DNA from: Bryobacterales bacterium
GTDB taxonomy: Bacteria; Acidobacteriota; Terriglobia; Bryobacterales; Bryobacteraceae
NCBI GenBank assembly: GCA_030693045.1
Contig: JAUYBU010000048.1
Span: 1-56,771, forward strand
Direction of reading: 5' to 3'
DNA length: 56,771 bases
Shown here: piece by piece, positions 27,532-36,097 of the stretch
Layout of the letters: each line of letters starts with the position of its first letter
Position numbering within the stretch: the stretch's first letter is position 1
Program-made: the position numbers and the translations under genes
Notes under the pieces: generated by a model
Databases searched by the model: none
The model's input: the letters and a program-made list of their open reading frames with translations, nothing else
What the model was told of the DNA's origin: nothing

Positions 27532-28790
27532 TTCCCGTCTCCTTTGCGAGCCTGGTTGAGGATCTGGCGCAGCCTTTGGCCCACCATCAAATCCTCGCCC
27601 GGTTGCATGGTCATCGAGATGATGCGGATGGAGTCGTTCTTGCGCGGCGTCTTCCGGTCGCCGCCGTAAACCGCGGACACCATGCTCGGATTGTTCGCGG
27701 TCAGGACTTCGATGCGCGGATCGCCTTCGCGCAACTTGCGGTCGCAGTCGGCGACGGTGAAGCCCCATTTCTGCTCGTCCCAAGTGACCACCAAGGTGGG
27801 GTAGCGGTTGCCGCCCTGCGGAATCTCGATCTTGGTTTGAACGTCCGGAACCGTGTCCACCAGCTTCTGGATGCGCTTGACGCGCTCGCCCCACTGGCGA
27901 TTGAGCGCGTCGAGGTCCATCTTCATCCACGCTTCCACCGCCGCCAGGCAGCCCATGATCTCTTCTTTGCCCACCTTCATCGCGCGGCACACGGCGCCTT
28001 CCCACGGGCTGCTATTGGCCAGGGCGGCTTCGATCAGATCTTTGCGGCCTAGAAGCAGGCCCGAGCATTGCGGCCCGCAAAGCCCCTTGCCGCCGCTGAA
28101 GGTATAGAGATCGATTCCCATCTTGGCGTACAGCTTAAGATTCCCGATCGGCGGGATGCCCGCGGCGTCATCCAATAACAGCGGCACCTTGGCGGCCCTG
28201 GCGATGTCCACGGCCTTCTGGAGCCGCTCGCCCAGCGCCGTGGTGTAGATCATCGCGGTGTCGGCGTTGATGGCGGTCTGTAGTTCGTCGTGAGTGCGGA
28301 CCACTACCAGCTTGCCTCCGGCCAGCCGGAGGGCGCTGTCGAACGCGCTGCGGCCGCCGAACATGACCACTTCGCTCTTGAGCCCGGTGGTGTCGGGAAG
28401 CTGCCAAATTCGCGCCGGATCGGCGCCCGCGATGCAGGCCGCCGTGGCCGCGGCCATGGCTCCGGCGGCGCCGGAGGTGACCATGCCGGATTCGGCGCCC
28501 GATAGCTCGGCCAGCCGTTTGCCCACCGCGCGCTGCAATTCGTACATGTCCACGAAATACATCGCCGCTTGCGTCTTGGCCGCGCGGACTTCGGCGAGTT
28601 CCAGCGAACCGCTCAGGTAGGTCCAGGTGCCCCGTGCGTTGATGAACGGCCGGACTCCGATGCGCGCGTAGATGTTGTTGCGCGCGCCCCAGGTTTTGGC
28701 CCAAAGCTGGCGGGCGTTCACCGAGCCAAGCAGCGGCAGCGCGGCTACCCATTTCACGAATGCGCGGCGGTTGAATCGAGTCGAATTCAT
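27528..28790 (-). CDS. SelA-like PLP-dependent enzyme (DgaE/SelA-related family), Tat-like leader
   Basis: NRRAF leader; INARGTWTYLSGS, VTSGAA, DDAAG, FSGGKGL.GPQ.SG and RAMKVGKEEI motifs. Confidence 0.82.
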   Translation of the reverse strand: MNSTRFNRRAFVKWVAALPLLGSVNARQLWAKTWGARNNIYARIGVRPFINARGTWTYLSGSLELAEVRAAKTQAAMYFVDMYELQRAVGKRLAELSGAESGMVTSGAAGAMAAATAACIAGADPARIWQLPDTTGLKSEVVMFGGRSAFDSALRLAGGKLVVVRTHDELQTAINADTAMIYTTALGERLQKAVDIARAAKVPLLLDDAAGIPPIGNLKLYAKMGIDLYTFSGGKGLCGPQCSGLLLGRKDLIEAALANSSPWEGAVCRAMKVGKEEIMGCLAAVEAWMKMDLDALNRQWGERVKRIQKLVDTVPDVQTKIEIPQGGNRYPTLVVTWDEQKWGFTVADCDRKLREGDPRIEVLTANNPSMVSAVYGGDRKTPRKNDSIRIISMTMQPGEDLMVGQRLRQILNQARKGDGK

Positions 28791-30211
28791 TGTGTTACCT
28801 CCTTGCGGGCAATGGCAATCAGCGACGTCGGGCCCCAGGGCAGAAGAGGATCGATTCTTCGCCAGAGCCAGACAAATCGCTCGAAGAACAGGAGCGAGAG
28901 GCGGCCGACCCGCGGCCGCTTCAGAATACGCGACTTCAGGAGCCAACCGGGACGCGAGATGCGATTGAAATCGACGATCCGCTCGACCTGGAGGCCGGCC
29001 TCGCGGATTCGCGCTTCCAAATCCCGGCGCGAGTAGCGGCGGTGATGGCCCAGAACGGCGTCCAACCGCCCGTAGAGTTCCGGGCCGTTGGGGACCAGGA
29101 TGATGGCCCGGCCGCCCGGTTCGAGCGCCTCGCGGATGTTCTCGAGCGCCGCCAGGTCGTCTTCGATGTGCTCCAGCACGTTGAGGCAGATCACGGTGTC
29201 AACCGAGCCGGCGAAGCGGCGGAAATGCTCGGAGTTCGACAGGTCGCAGACCGCCGTTTCCAGGTTGGGCCGGTGGCGCAGGCGGGTGCGAAGACGCAGC
29301 AGGTGTTCGGCGTCGATGTCGGTAGCGATGTAGCGCTCGCGCCGCCGCGCCAGTTGCCGGCTCAGATTGCCCATGCCGGCGCCGATCTCCAGAACGCGCC
29401 GGCCCACGAAAGGCGCTATGGTGTCCGCCATCCAGCGGTTGAAGCGAGGGGTGGCGGCGAATTCATCCAGGATCTCGGCGCCCGCGTCCGTGTACAGGTC
29501 GCGCGTGACCCAATTGCGAAGAATCACCAGGACCGCCGCGAATGCGTCCCCAGCGCCGATTTTCTTTCCATCCTCGTAGGTGCGCCCTTCGTAGCTGATG
29601 GGCACTTCGTAAATGCGCGCCTGCCGCTTGGCGAGTTTGATGGTGATTTCGGGTTCGATGCCGAACCGGTCGCTGCGAATTGGAATGGTCTTCACCAGGG
29701 AGGTGCGGAACGCCTTGTAACAGGTTTCGACATCGGTGAGGTTGAGATCGGCGGCGATGTTGCACAGCGTGGTCAGGATGTGATTGGCCACCGAGTGCCA
29801 GAAATACAGAACGCGACGCCGGCCCGAACTGGCGAAGCGGGAACCGTAAACCGCGTCGGCGACACCGTCCAGCAAGGGTTCCAGGAGCCGGCCGTATTCG
29901 CCGGGATTGTATTCGAGGTCGGCGTCCTGGATCAGGGAGAACTCGCCGCGCGCTTCACCCAGCGCCCGGCGCACGGCGGCGCCCTTGCCGCGGTTGCGGT
30001 CCAACCGCACCAGTTGGATCAGGCCCGGGTGCTGTTGCGACACGCTCTCGACCACCGCGGCCGAATCGTCGGTGGAGCCGTCGTCCACCACGATGATCTC
30101 GCGCTCGAGGCCGGCGGGCAGCGGCGCCGCCAGGACCCTTTCCAGAATCGTGCCGACGTATTCCTCCTCGTTATAGACGGGGACGAGAATCGAGAGCAGA
30201 CCGGACTGCAT
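28787..30211 (-). CDS. Bifunctional glycosyltransferase family 2 / class I SAM-dependent methyltransferase
   Basis: VPVYNEE, VDDGSTD, QDADLEY and DVETCYK; C-terminal LEIGAGMG, NVLEHIEDD and GHHRRY. Confidence 0.9.
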   Translation of the reverse strand: MQSGLLSILVPVYNEEEYVGTILERVLAAPLPAGLEREIIVVDDGSTDDSAAVVESVSQQHPGLIQLVRLDRNRGKGAAVRRALGEARGEFSLIQDADLEYNPGEYGRLLEPLLDGVADAVYGSRFASSGRRRVLYFWHSVANHILTTLCNIAADLNLTDVETCYKAFRTSLVKTIPIRSDRFGIEPEITIKLAKRQARIYEVPISYEGRTYEDGKKIGAGDAFAAVLVILRNWVTRDLYTDAGAEILDEFAATPRFNRWMADTIAPFVGRRVLEIGAGMGNLSRQLARRRERYIATDIDAEHLLRLRTRLRHRPNLETAVCDLSNSEHFRRFAGSVDTVICLNVLEHIEDDLAALENIREALEPGGRAIILVPNGPELYGRLDAVLGHHRRYSRRDLEARIREAGLQVERIVDFNRISRPGWLLKSRILKRPRVGRLSLLFFERFVWLWRRIDPLLPWGPTSLIAIARKEVTQ

Positions 30212-30300
30212 GAACCTACGATGCTAGCACTCGGCCGCGGCTTCTGGAATCCGCCGGCCGCTCCCGAGAGCGCGTGAGAGAATCCTGCGGGCGGGCCGGG

Positions 30301-30579
30301 CTACTTGAGCCCCAGGTGAGCTTCGACGCGCGTGAGCCGGTTGTCGAATTCGATGACCTTGCCGATGAGCAGGTCGATCTTGGCTTCGACGCTGTCCAGG
30401 CGGCGCTCGATCGCGGCGAAACGCCGGTCTATTTCGGCGCGGAGGGCGCCGATGTGGGCCATGACGTCGTTGACCCGGTTGTTCATGTTGCTGTTGTTCA
30501 GCAAGACCCCGATCAGCACGATGATAATCGTAGTGATCGGCATTACCGCGACGGAGACAAAGAATTGCATGTCGCTCAT
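30301..30579 (-). CDS. Small membrane-anchored coiled-coil protein (paralog 1)
   Basis: N-terminal TM segment followed by heptad repeats; the last 21 codons are identical to those of the 30671 gene. Confidence 0.8.
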   Translation of the reverse strand: MSDMQFFVSVAVMPITTIIIVLIGVLLNNSNMNNRVNDVMAHIGALRAEIDRRFAAIERRLDSVEAKIDLLIGKVIEFDNRLTRVEAHLGLK

Positions 30580-30670
30580 GGCTGCCCCCAGTATATCGCA
30601 GTCCCGCCCGCGGCCGATTCTCTATCGGCGTTGTGGGGGGCGCTGCCGGGCTGACCCGGGCCGGCCCGGG

Positions 30671-30946
30671 CTACTTGAGCCCCAGGTGAGCTTCGACGCG
30701 CGTGAGCCGGTTGTCGAATTCGATGACCTTGCCGGTGAGCAGGTCGATCTTGGTTTCGACACTGTCGAGCCTGCGCTCGACAGCGGCGAAGCGCCGCTCC
30801 ATCTCGGCGCGAAAATCGGCCATGCGCCCGAGCACGTCCTGACGAAGATCGGACAGGCGTGAATTGTTCAGCAGAATCCCGATCATGACCACGATGACCG
30901 TTGGCACGGTCGCCAGCGCGATGGTGAGCAGTTGCGTGTCGCTCAT
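30671..30946 (-). CDS. Small membrane-anchored coiled-coil protein (paralog 2)
   Basis: Same architecture as 30301; tandem duplicate at a 370-bp offset. Confidence 0.8.
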   Translation of the reverse strand: MSDTQLLTIALATVPTVIVVMIGILLNNSRLSDLRQDVLGRMADFRAEMERRFAAVERRLDSVETKIDLLTGKVIEFDNRLTRVEAHLGLK

Positions 30947-31006
30947 AGCTGTCTTTAGTGTACCGCAGTCCCGCCCGCGGCCGATGCCGCCCCAGGGCAG
31001 TGCGCC

Positions 31007-32767
31007 CTACAGAACCGGTTCCAGAGCCAGGGATTGGAAGTACATCAGATAGTGGTCGGACGCGGCGGCGGGCCATATGGCGACCTTGTACTCGCCCGCT
31101 TTGGCGATCTTCACGACGCCCAGATCGAAGGTCTTGTACTGATACCAATCGCCCGTCGGCTCCACCACGCCTGTGAGTGACTGCGGGCCGATCGCCACGA
31201 CGTACTTGCTCTGCCCCCAATCCCGCCGGGCGGCATAGCGAATACTCACTTTGTAGGTTCCCGCCTGGCTCACCAGCAGACGCCAGGTGATCGAGTCCTC
31301 CGGGCCGGTCCACTTCGAGATATGGAACTTTCCGTCACGGTTAAACCGCTTCACCGCCTTCCCGGCGGTCACTGCTCCCAAGTAGTCCAACTCGAAGGCC
31401 GAGTCACTGCCCTGAGTGATAAGCGGCGGGTCCGCGTTGGGCGGGCCAGACACATCCAGCACCACCACTGTGTCGTCTTCATCCGGGCTCTTGGCCGGCA
31501 GCGCAACCGAGATAACACGGTTTTCCCGGCTCACCGCCAGCTCGCGGGACGGATCGACCAGCAGGTACGCGGACCGAACCTGGTTGTTCAAACCGCTCAA
31601 TCGCAGCACCGCGTCGGCGGGCCAACTGAACACGTGCAGGTAGACCTTCTCTCCCTTCACCGTGCAGCGTCCCCAGGGAAACTCCGCCAGCGGGCAGGCC
31701 GATGTTCCGTAGATGCTATCGCCGTTCTTCCGCATCCAAGCGCCCACTTTTTCCAGCACGGCGACGCTGGGCGGCGGTATGGTCCCATCGGCCATCGGTC
31801 CGATGTTGAGCAGATAGTTACCGCCCTTGCCCACGATCTCGACCAGCCGTTGGATCACGTTGCCGGCCGTCTTCCATTGCTGGTCGAACTTACTGTAGCC
31901 CCAGGTTGTGTTCAGAGTTTGCGGCGTCTCCCAGTACTCCTCCAGTCCTCCGGTTGGCATGCCGTTGTCGTTCATGTTCTGGTAATCGCCCATCAGCTCC
32001 TGACCGTAGTTACCCACGCGCCCGTTGATCAGGCAGCGCGGCTGCAAACCGCGAACCAGGTTCACGAAGTCCTGCGCCTGCCGCGGCGTGTTGAGGCCGC
32101 GGTCGAACCAGACTAGCCCGAGTGGACCGTAGTCTGTCAGCAACTCGCGGACCTGCGGCTTGGATTTCTGTTCCAGGTAACGCTCGAAATCCTTCTTGGT
32201 TCTGTCGTAGTCCCAGTTATTGCCGTAACCGTCCGGGTGGTCCCAGTCTTCGCGATGCGAATAGTAAACGCAGAACCGGATGCCCGCTTTCCGGCAGGCT
32301 TCGGATAGCTCCTTCAGCGGGTCTCGCTTGAAAGGCGTCCAGTCCACGATGTTAGACTCACTGACTCGCGAATGGTACATCGCGAAACCATCGTGGTGCT
32401 TGGCGGTGATCACCAAATACTTCATCCCCGCCGCCTTGGCCAGACTCACCCACTGTTCGGCATTGAACTTGACGGGATTCATCCGCCGCGCCATCTCCCG
32501 GTATTCCTTCACCGGAATATTGAATCGCTGCATGATCCATTCGCCCTCGTCGCCGACGGGCACGCGCTGGCCTTTCCATTCGCCGGCCGGAAGCGAATAC
32601 GGGCCCCAATGGATAAACATTCCGAGCTTGTCTTGCCGGAACCACCGAATGCGCTCTTCGGCACTGACGGATGTGTCCGCCGGATTGACTTGACCGCTCA
32701 AGTTCGATCCCCAACCGGCCCCCATCAGACCGGCCAGGATCGACACGATGGCAATTCTATCTCTCAT
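31007..32767 (-). CDS. Alpha-L-fucosidase (GH29) with a C-terminal CBM-like beta-sandwich
   Basis: GMFIHWG, TAKHHDGF, WFD, TWGY, LLNIGP and WMRKNGDSIYG motifs; signal peptide. Confidence 0.92.
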   Translation of the reverse strand: MRDRIAIVSILAGLMGAGWGSNLSGQVNPADTSVSAEERIRWFRQDKLGMFIHWGPYSLPAGEWKGQRVPVGDEGEWIMQRFNIPVKEYREMARRMNPVKFNAEQWVSLAKAAGMKYLVITAKHHDGFAMYHSRVSESNIVDWTPFKRDPLKELSEACRKAGIRFCVYYSHREDWDHPDGYGNNWDYDRTKKDFERYLEQKSKPQVRELLTDYGPLGLVWFDRGLNTPRQAQDFVNLVRGLQPRCLINGRVGNYGQELMGDYQNMNDNGMPTGGLEEYWETPQTLNTTWGYSKFDQQWKTAGNVIQRLVEIVGKGGNYLLNIGPMADGTIPPPSVAVLEKVGAWMRKNGDSIYGTSACPLAEFPWGRCTVKGEKVYLHVFSWPADAVLRLSGLNNQVRSAYLLVDPSRELAVSRENRVISVALPAKSPDEDDTVVVLDVSGPPNADPPLITQGSDSAFELDYLGAVTAGKAVKRFNRDGKFHISKWTGPEDSITWRLLVSQAGTYKVSIRYAARRDWGQSKYVVAIGPQSLTGVVEPTGDWYQYKTFDLGVVKIAKAGEYKVAIWPAAASDHYLMYFQSLALEPVL

Positions 32768-32840
32768 AAGTGGATGTCCTTTCACGGCACCTACAGCGCC
32801 TCCCAGTATACAACGAGTGATGAGGCCGATCATCGAGAAC

Positions 32841-34178
32841 TCACCGCCGGGCCAGTAACTGCCCTCTCACAAAGAACGCCCTGCCGACAGCCAGTAACAC
32901 GGCACAACTGACCACCAGCTTGACCTCGAACAGCCAGACGGAACTGACGCCCGCCGGAGGCACGAAGGAAAACGCCAGCCCGGCGGCCGTCACCGCCGCT
33001 CCCGACATCCCGCTCCAGCGGTGACCGTGTTTCCAGGCCGTCGCGAACAGGTACAGGAACGGGATGAAGTAAGTGATGACGGTCATGTCGACCAGTAACT
33101 GGTAGGCGGTGCGGAGATTCTCGCCAAGCTGCATCACCACCAGGAAAATCGTGCAAGCGGCGCCCTGCGTGAGCAGGGCCACGTGAGGCGTCCCCCAACG
33201 CGGGTGCAGCCTGGCAAAGGACGCCGGAAGATAACGGTCCAGGCCGATGACGAAGGCGAGCCTGGCGCCTCCACTCATCCACGCGCCGAACTGTCCCGCA
33301 AACCCGAGCGCGATCAGTGCCGCCAGAACCGGCGCGATCCAATAAATGCCCAGCCCGCTTGCGGCCGCCTCGCCGGCTTGCGCGAGGCCCGTGACGACGC
33401 TGACCCGCTCGGGCGGAAGCAGAACCAGAATGGCGAGCGTTCCCAGCACGTAAAAGCCCGCGATGGCCAGTCCGCTGATCCAGGCGGCGCGGCGCACCGT
33501 GCGGCGCGGGTCGCGGATCTCACCGCACAGGATGGCGCCTAGTTCCAGCCCGCCGAAGGCAAAGGCGATCTGCGACCAGAAATTCAGGCTGGTCCAGTTC
33601 CACGCGGGCACGACGTCGAGGCGCGTGGCGGCGCCGTGCCTCGCGAATGCTACCGCGCCCGCCGCAATCAGGCCCGCACCGGCCGCGCAGGTGGCCAGCG
33701 CTCCCAGGTTCTGGGTCCACTTACCCACGCGCAGGCCCACCAGGTTGGTCGCCAGCACCAGCCACAGGACCATCAGGGAAGCGGTCACCACCACCAAGCG
33801 ATTCTCGGCCAGAGCCGCATACTCGCTGCCGCCGGTGTAGAGCGCCGTCCCCACCCCCGCCATCAACAGGTTGGGAAAGTAGAACAGGTTACTGATCCAG
33901 TAACACCAGCCGCACAGAAAACCGTGCCAATCGCCAAAGCTGTGCGCGGTCCAATTGTAGATGCCGCCCTCTTCGGGGAACCGCGCCGTGAGGCCGGCGA
34001 CGGAAAGCGCCAAAGGGACAAAAAAGAATACCGCCGCGCCGGCCCACAGCGCCAGCGAGCCGGGACCGATGTGCGCGGCGGTCGCCAGCCAGCGGATGCT
34101 GGCGACCGCGGCGATGTTGAACAGGATCAGGTCCCGCAGTCCCAGTTCGCGCCGCAGCGACGGTGGCGGTTCCGGCAT
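32841..34178 (-). CDS. APC family amino acid permease
   Basis: About 12 TM segments; LRRELGL, PEEGGIY.W, FAFGGLE and HPRWGTP motifs. Confidence 0.9.
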   Translation of the reverse strand: MPEPPPSLRRELGLRDLILFNIAAVASIRWLATAAHIGPGSLALWAGAAVFFFVPLALSVAGLTARFPEEGGIYNWTAHSFGDWHGFLCGWCYWISNLFYFPNLLMAGVGTALYTGGSEYAALAENRLVVVTASLMVLWLVLATNLVGLRVGKWTQNLGALATCAAGAGLIAAGAVAFARHGAATRLDVVPAWNWTSLNFWSQIAFAFGGLELGAILCGEIRDPRRTVRRAAWISGLAIAGFYVLGTLAILVLLPPERVSVVTGLAQAGEAAASGLGIYWIAPVLAALIALGFAGQFGAWMSGGARLAFVIGLDRYLPASFARLHPRWGTPHVALLTQGAACTIFLVVMQLGENLRTAYQLLVDMTVITYFIPFLYLFATAWKHGHRWSGMSGAAVTAAGLAFSFVPPAGVSSVWLFEVKLVVSCAVLLAVGRAFFVRGQLLARR

Positions 34179-34186
34179 GTTTCATG

Positions 34187-35503
34187 CTACCTTGCCGCGG
34201 CAGCGGCGTCGAAAGCTCTGCCGTAGAAATCCTCACTGCCAAAGTTACCCGACTTGAGCACCATCGGGATACATCGCCCTTCCAAGGGAAGACAAAGTGG
34301 CACCCCCGGTTGGATGTTCTTTCCCACCGCCAGGCCGCGGATCCGCAGCCGCCGGCAGAGCGCGCTCGAAGTTTCGCCACCCGCGCTCACCAGAACATCC
34401 GGCGGGACGGTCTCGATGGCCCGCGCGGCAACGTCAGCCAGTCCCGCGGCAATCTTCAGCCCCAACTCGGCAGGGCTCCAGCCCCTTTCCACGCCCCACT
34501 TCTGCGCGGCAATGAGGTCCGCCGGAGCCGAACGGGTCTTCAGCAATACCGTTTGATTGCCAGCCAATGCCCTCCCGATCGGCCCGGCCAGTTGGGCGGC
34601 ATCTCCACAGGCGAGGGCGCGCGCCTCCACCTCAAAGACATTGGCGCCCTGCCGGGAGAGCCACTCGTTCTGCGCTGCCGTCGCAACCGAACAACTTCCC
34701 GCCACCACCAGCCGGCCCCGGCCCGGCGCGCGCAACCGATCCGGCCACAAGGCGCCCGGGGCGGGTGTGAACCAGCCTCGCCGATTCCAGGCGGCGGGCA
34801 GGTGCCGGCCAAACGTCGAACTCCCGCTCACCAACCGATAATCCGCGGCAGCTTCGCACAATTCGGCCGCGTGTTCTTCACTCAGACAATCGAGAATCGA
34901 GATCGAGATCCCGTTTGCCTGCTGCTCCCGCCAGGATTGGCGAATGGCGTCGGCGCCCCGATCGACCACTTCGTGGGGAGTCAGGCCCACCCGCCGGTAA
35001 GTCTGCCGGCTCAGCCACCGGACCAGATTCGAGTCGGTCATGGGAGTCAGCGGGTGGCTGCGCATCGGCGACTCGGAAAGCAATTCTTCCTTCACGAAGT
35101 GATGTCCCCGATATGTGGTGCGGCCATTCACCGGCAGCGCCGGAAGAGCGACCGTGAACGGCTCACCCAGGATCTCCATGGCGGCGTCCAGGGAAGGCCC
35201 GATGTTGCCCGCCTCCGTTGAGTCGAAGGTGCTGCAATATTTGATTTCTATGGTACGAGGTTCCCATTCGGCGGCCAGGCTCACAGCGGCCGCGGTCTTT
35301 TGTTTCGCCACTTCGGGGGGGAGCGCCCTCGTCGCCGTCGCCAGGATGACCGCCTCGGGCGGCGGCGCACAACACAAAAGGTCTTCGGGAGAGGATGCGT
35401 CGAGCAGCAGGACCGTCCGGACCCCCTGATCCGCCAGCATTCCCGCCAGATCCGACGCGCCCGTGTCGTCGTCGGCGATGCCCGCAAACAGAACTCGTTT
35501 CAT
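34187..35503 (-). CDS. Four-carbon acid sugar kinase family (DUF1537, OtnK/DtnK-like)
   Basis: IADDDTGASD, KYCSTFDST..GNIGP, PALPVNGRT, HPLTPM.DS, GSCS, GGETS and KSGNFG motifs. Confidence 0.9.
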   Translation of the reverse strand: MKRVLFAGIADDDTGASDLAGMLADQGVRTVLLLDASSPEDLLCCAPPPEAVILATATRALPPEVAKQKTAAAVSLAAEWEPRTIEIKYCSTFDSTEAGNIGPSLDAAMEILGEPFTVALPALPVNGRTTYRGHHFVKEELLSESPMRSHPLTPMTDSNLVRWLSRQTYRRVGLTPHEVVDRGADAIRQSWREQQANGISISILDCLSEEHAAELCEAAADYRLVSGSSTFGRHLPAAWNRRGWFTPAPGALWPDRLRAPGRGRLVVAGSCSVATAAQNEWLSRQGANVFEVEARALACGDAAQLAGPIGRALAGNQTVLLKTRSAPADLIAAQKWGVERGWSPAELGLKIAAGLADVAARAIETVPPDVLVSAGGETSSALCRRLRIRGLAVGKNIQPGVPLCLPLEGRCIPMVLKSGNFGSEDFYGRAFDAAAAAR

Positions 35504-35548
35504 GGCCGTGGCCTTCCTCCTCGCAATAATAACTATGCCAGTTCGGCA

Positions 35549-35728
35549 CCGCTCCCTGACGGTCGCGGCTCGGAATCGTGTTCCGAGCCGTGAGCGGGAG
35601 ACGGGACTGAGTCTATCCGCCCGGGCCTGGTACTTCCCTCGAGCGAAGGTCCCCGACACCGTGTATCGGCAACAGCCACTCGGCTGACTTACGAGCGCCT
35701 CCCACCGTGAGCGGGAGACGGGACTGAG
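35549..35728. repeat. REP-like motif plus 24-bp direct repeats
   Basis: CCGCTCCCTGACGGTCGCGGCTCGG at 35549; CCGTGAGCGGGAGACGGGACTGAG at 35588-35611 and 35705-35728. Confidence 0.8.
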
Positions 35729-35733
35729 ACTGA

Positions 35734-35898
35734 GACGATCCGCCAGGGTACGGCATTGCCGTCGCGGTCGGCGAATATCGGCGAGCCCCGCATCGGATGG
35801 CGGTTGTGTACGAGAAAGGCGAAACTGAGATAATCACGATACATCCGCTGAGCCAGGCGGACGTTGAGAGCAAGCTCCGGAGCGGACGATGGAAATGA
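35734..35898 (+). pseudogene. 5'-truncated putative toxin gene preceding DUF2283
   Basis: Frame lacking its natural 5' end: GIAVAVGEYRRAPHRMAVVYEKGETEIITIHPLSQADVESKLRSGRWK*. Its stop overlaps the DUF2283 start. Confidence 0.55.
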
Positions 35899-36089
35899 CG
35901 GCGACAGAACCTGTTGTTCGGTACGATCCCGAATCCGATGTTCTTTACGTCGTGGCCGCGGCCGGCGAGGTCGCGCGTGCGGCTGAAGTCTCGCCTGGTG
36001 TGACCATCGAGTACAACGACAACGGGAACGTCATCGGCGTCGAGATCTTGCGCGCATCCCTGCATGCCAAGCAGGCCGGGGTGATCTGA
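35889..36089 (+). CDS. DUF2283 domain-containing protein (putative antitoxin)
   Basis: VRYDPESDVLY...EVSPGVTIEYNDNGNVIGVEIL.AS signature. Confidence 0.85.
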   Translation: MEMTATEPVVRYDPESDVLYVVAAAGEVARAAEVSPGVTIEYNDNGNVIGVEILRASLHAKQAGVI

Positions 36090-36097
36090 GATCCCAC

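Noticed and set aside
27528..28790. True selenocysteine synthase (selA)
   Set aside because: It has a Tat-like leader, lacks the SelA N-terminal tRNA-binding region, and has no selB/selC/selD nearby. It fits the SelA-like/DgaE-related family.
30296..30985. Diversity-generating retroelement TR/VR pair
   Set aside because: Differences between the copies are not adenine-specific, both copies are complete genes, and the only RT-related sequence nearby is a group II intron fragment.
35588..35728. CRISPR array
   Set aside because: Only two 24-bp repeats with a 93-bp spacer, and no cas genes in the window.
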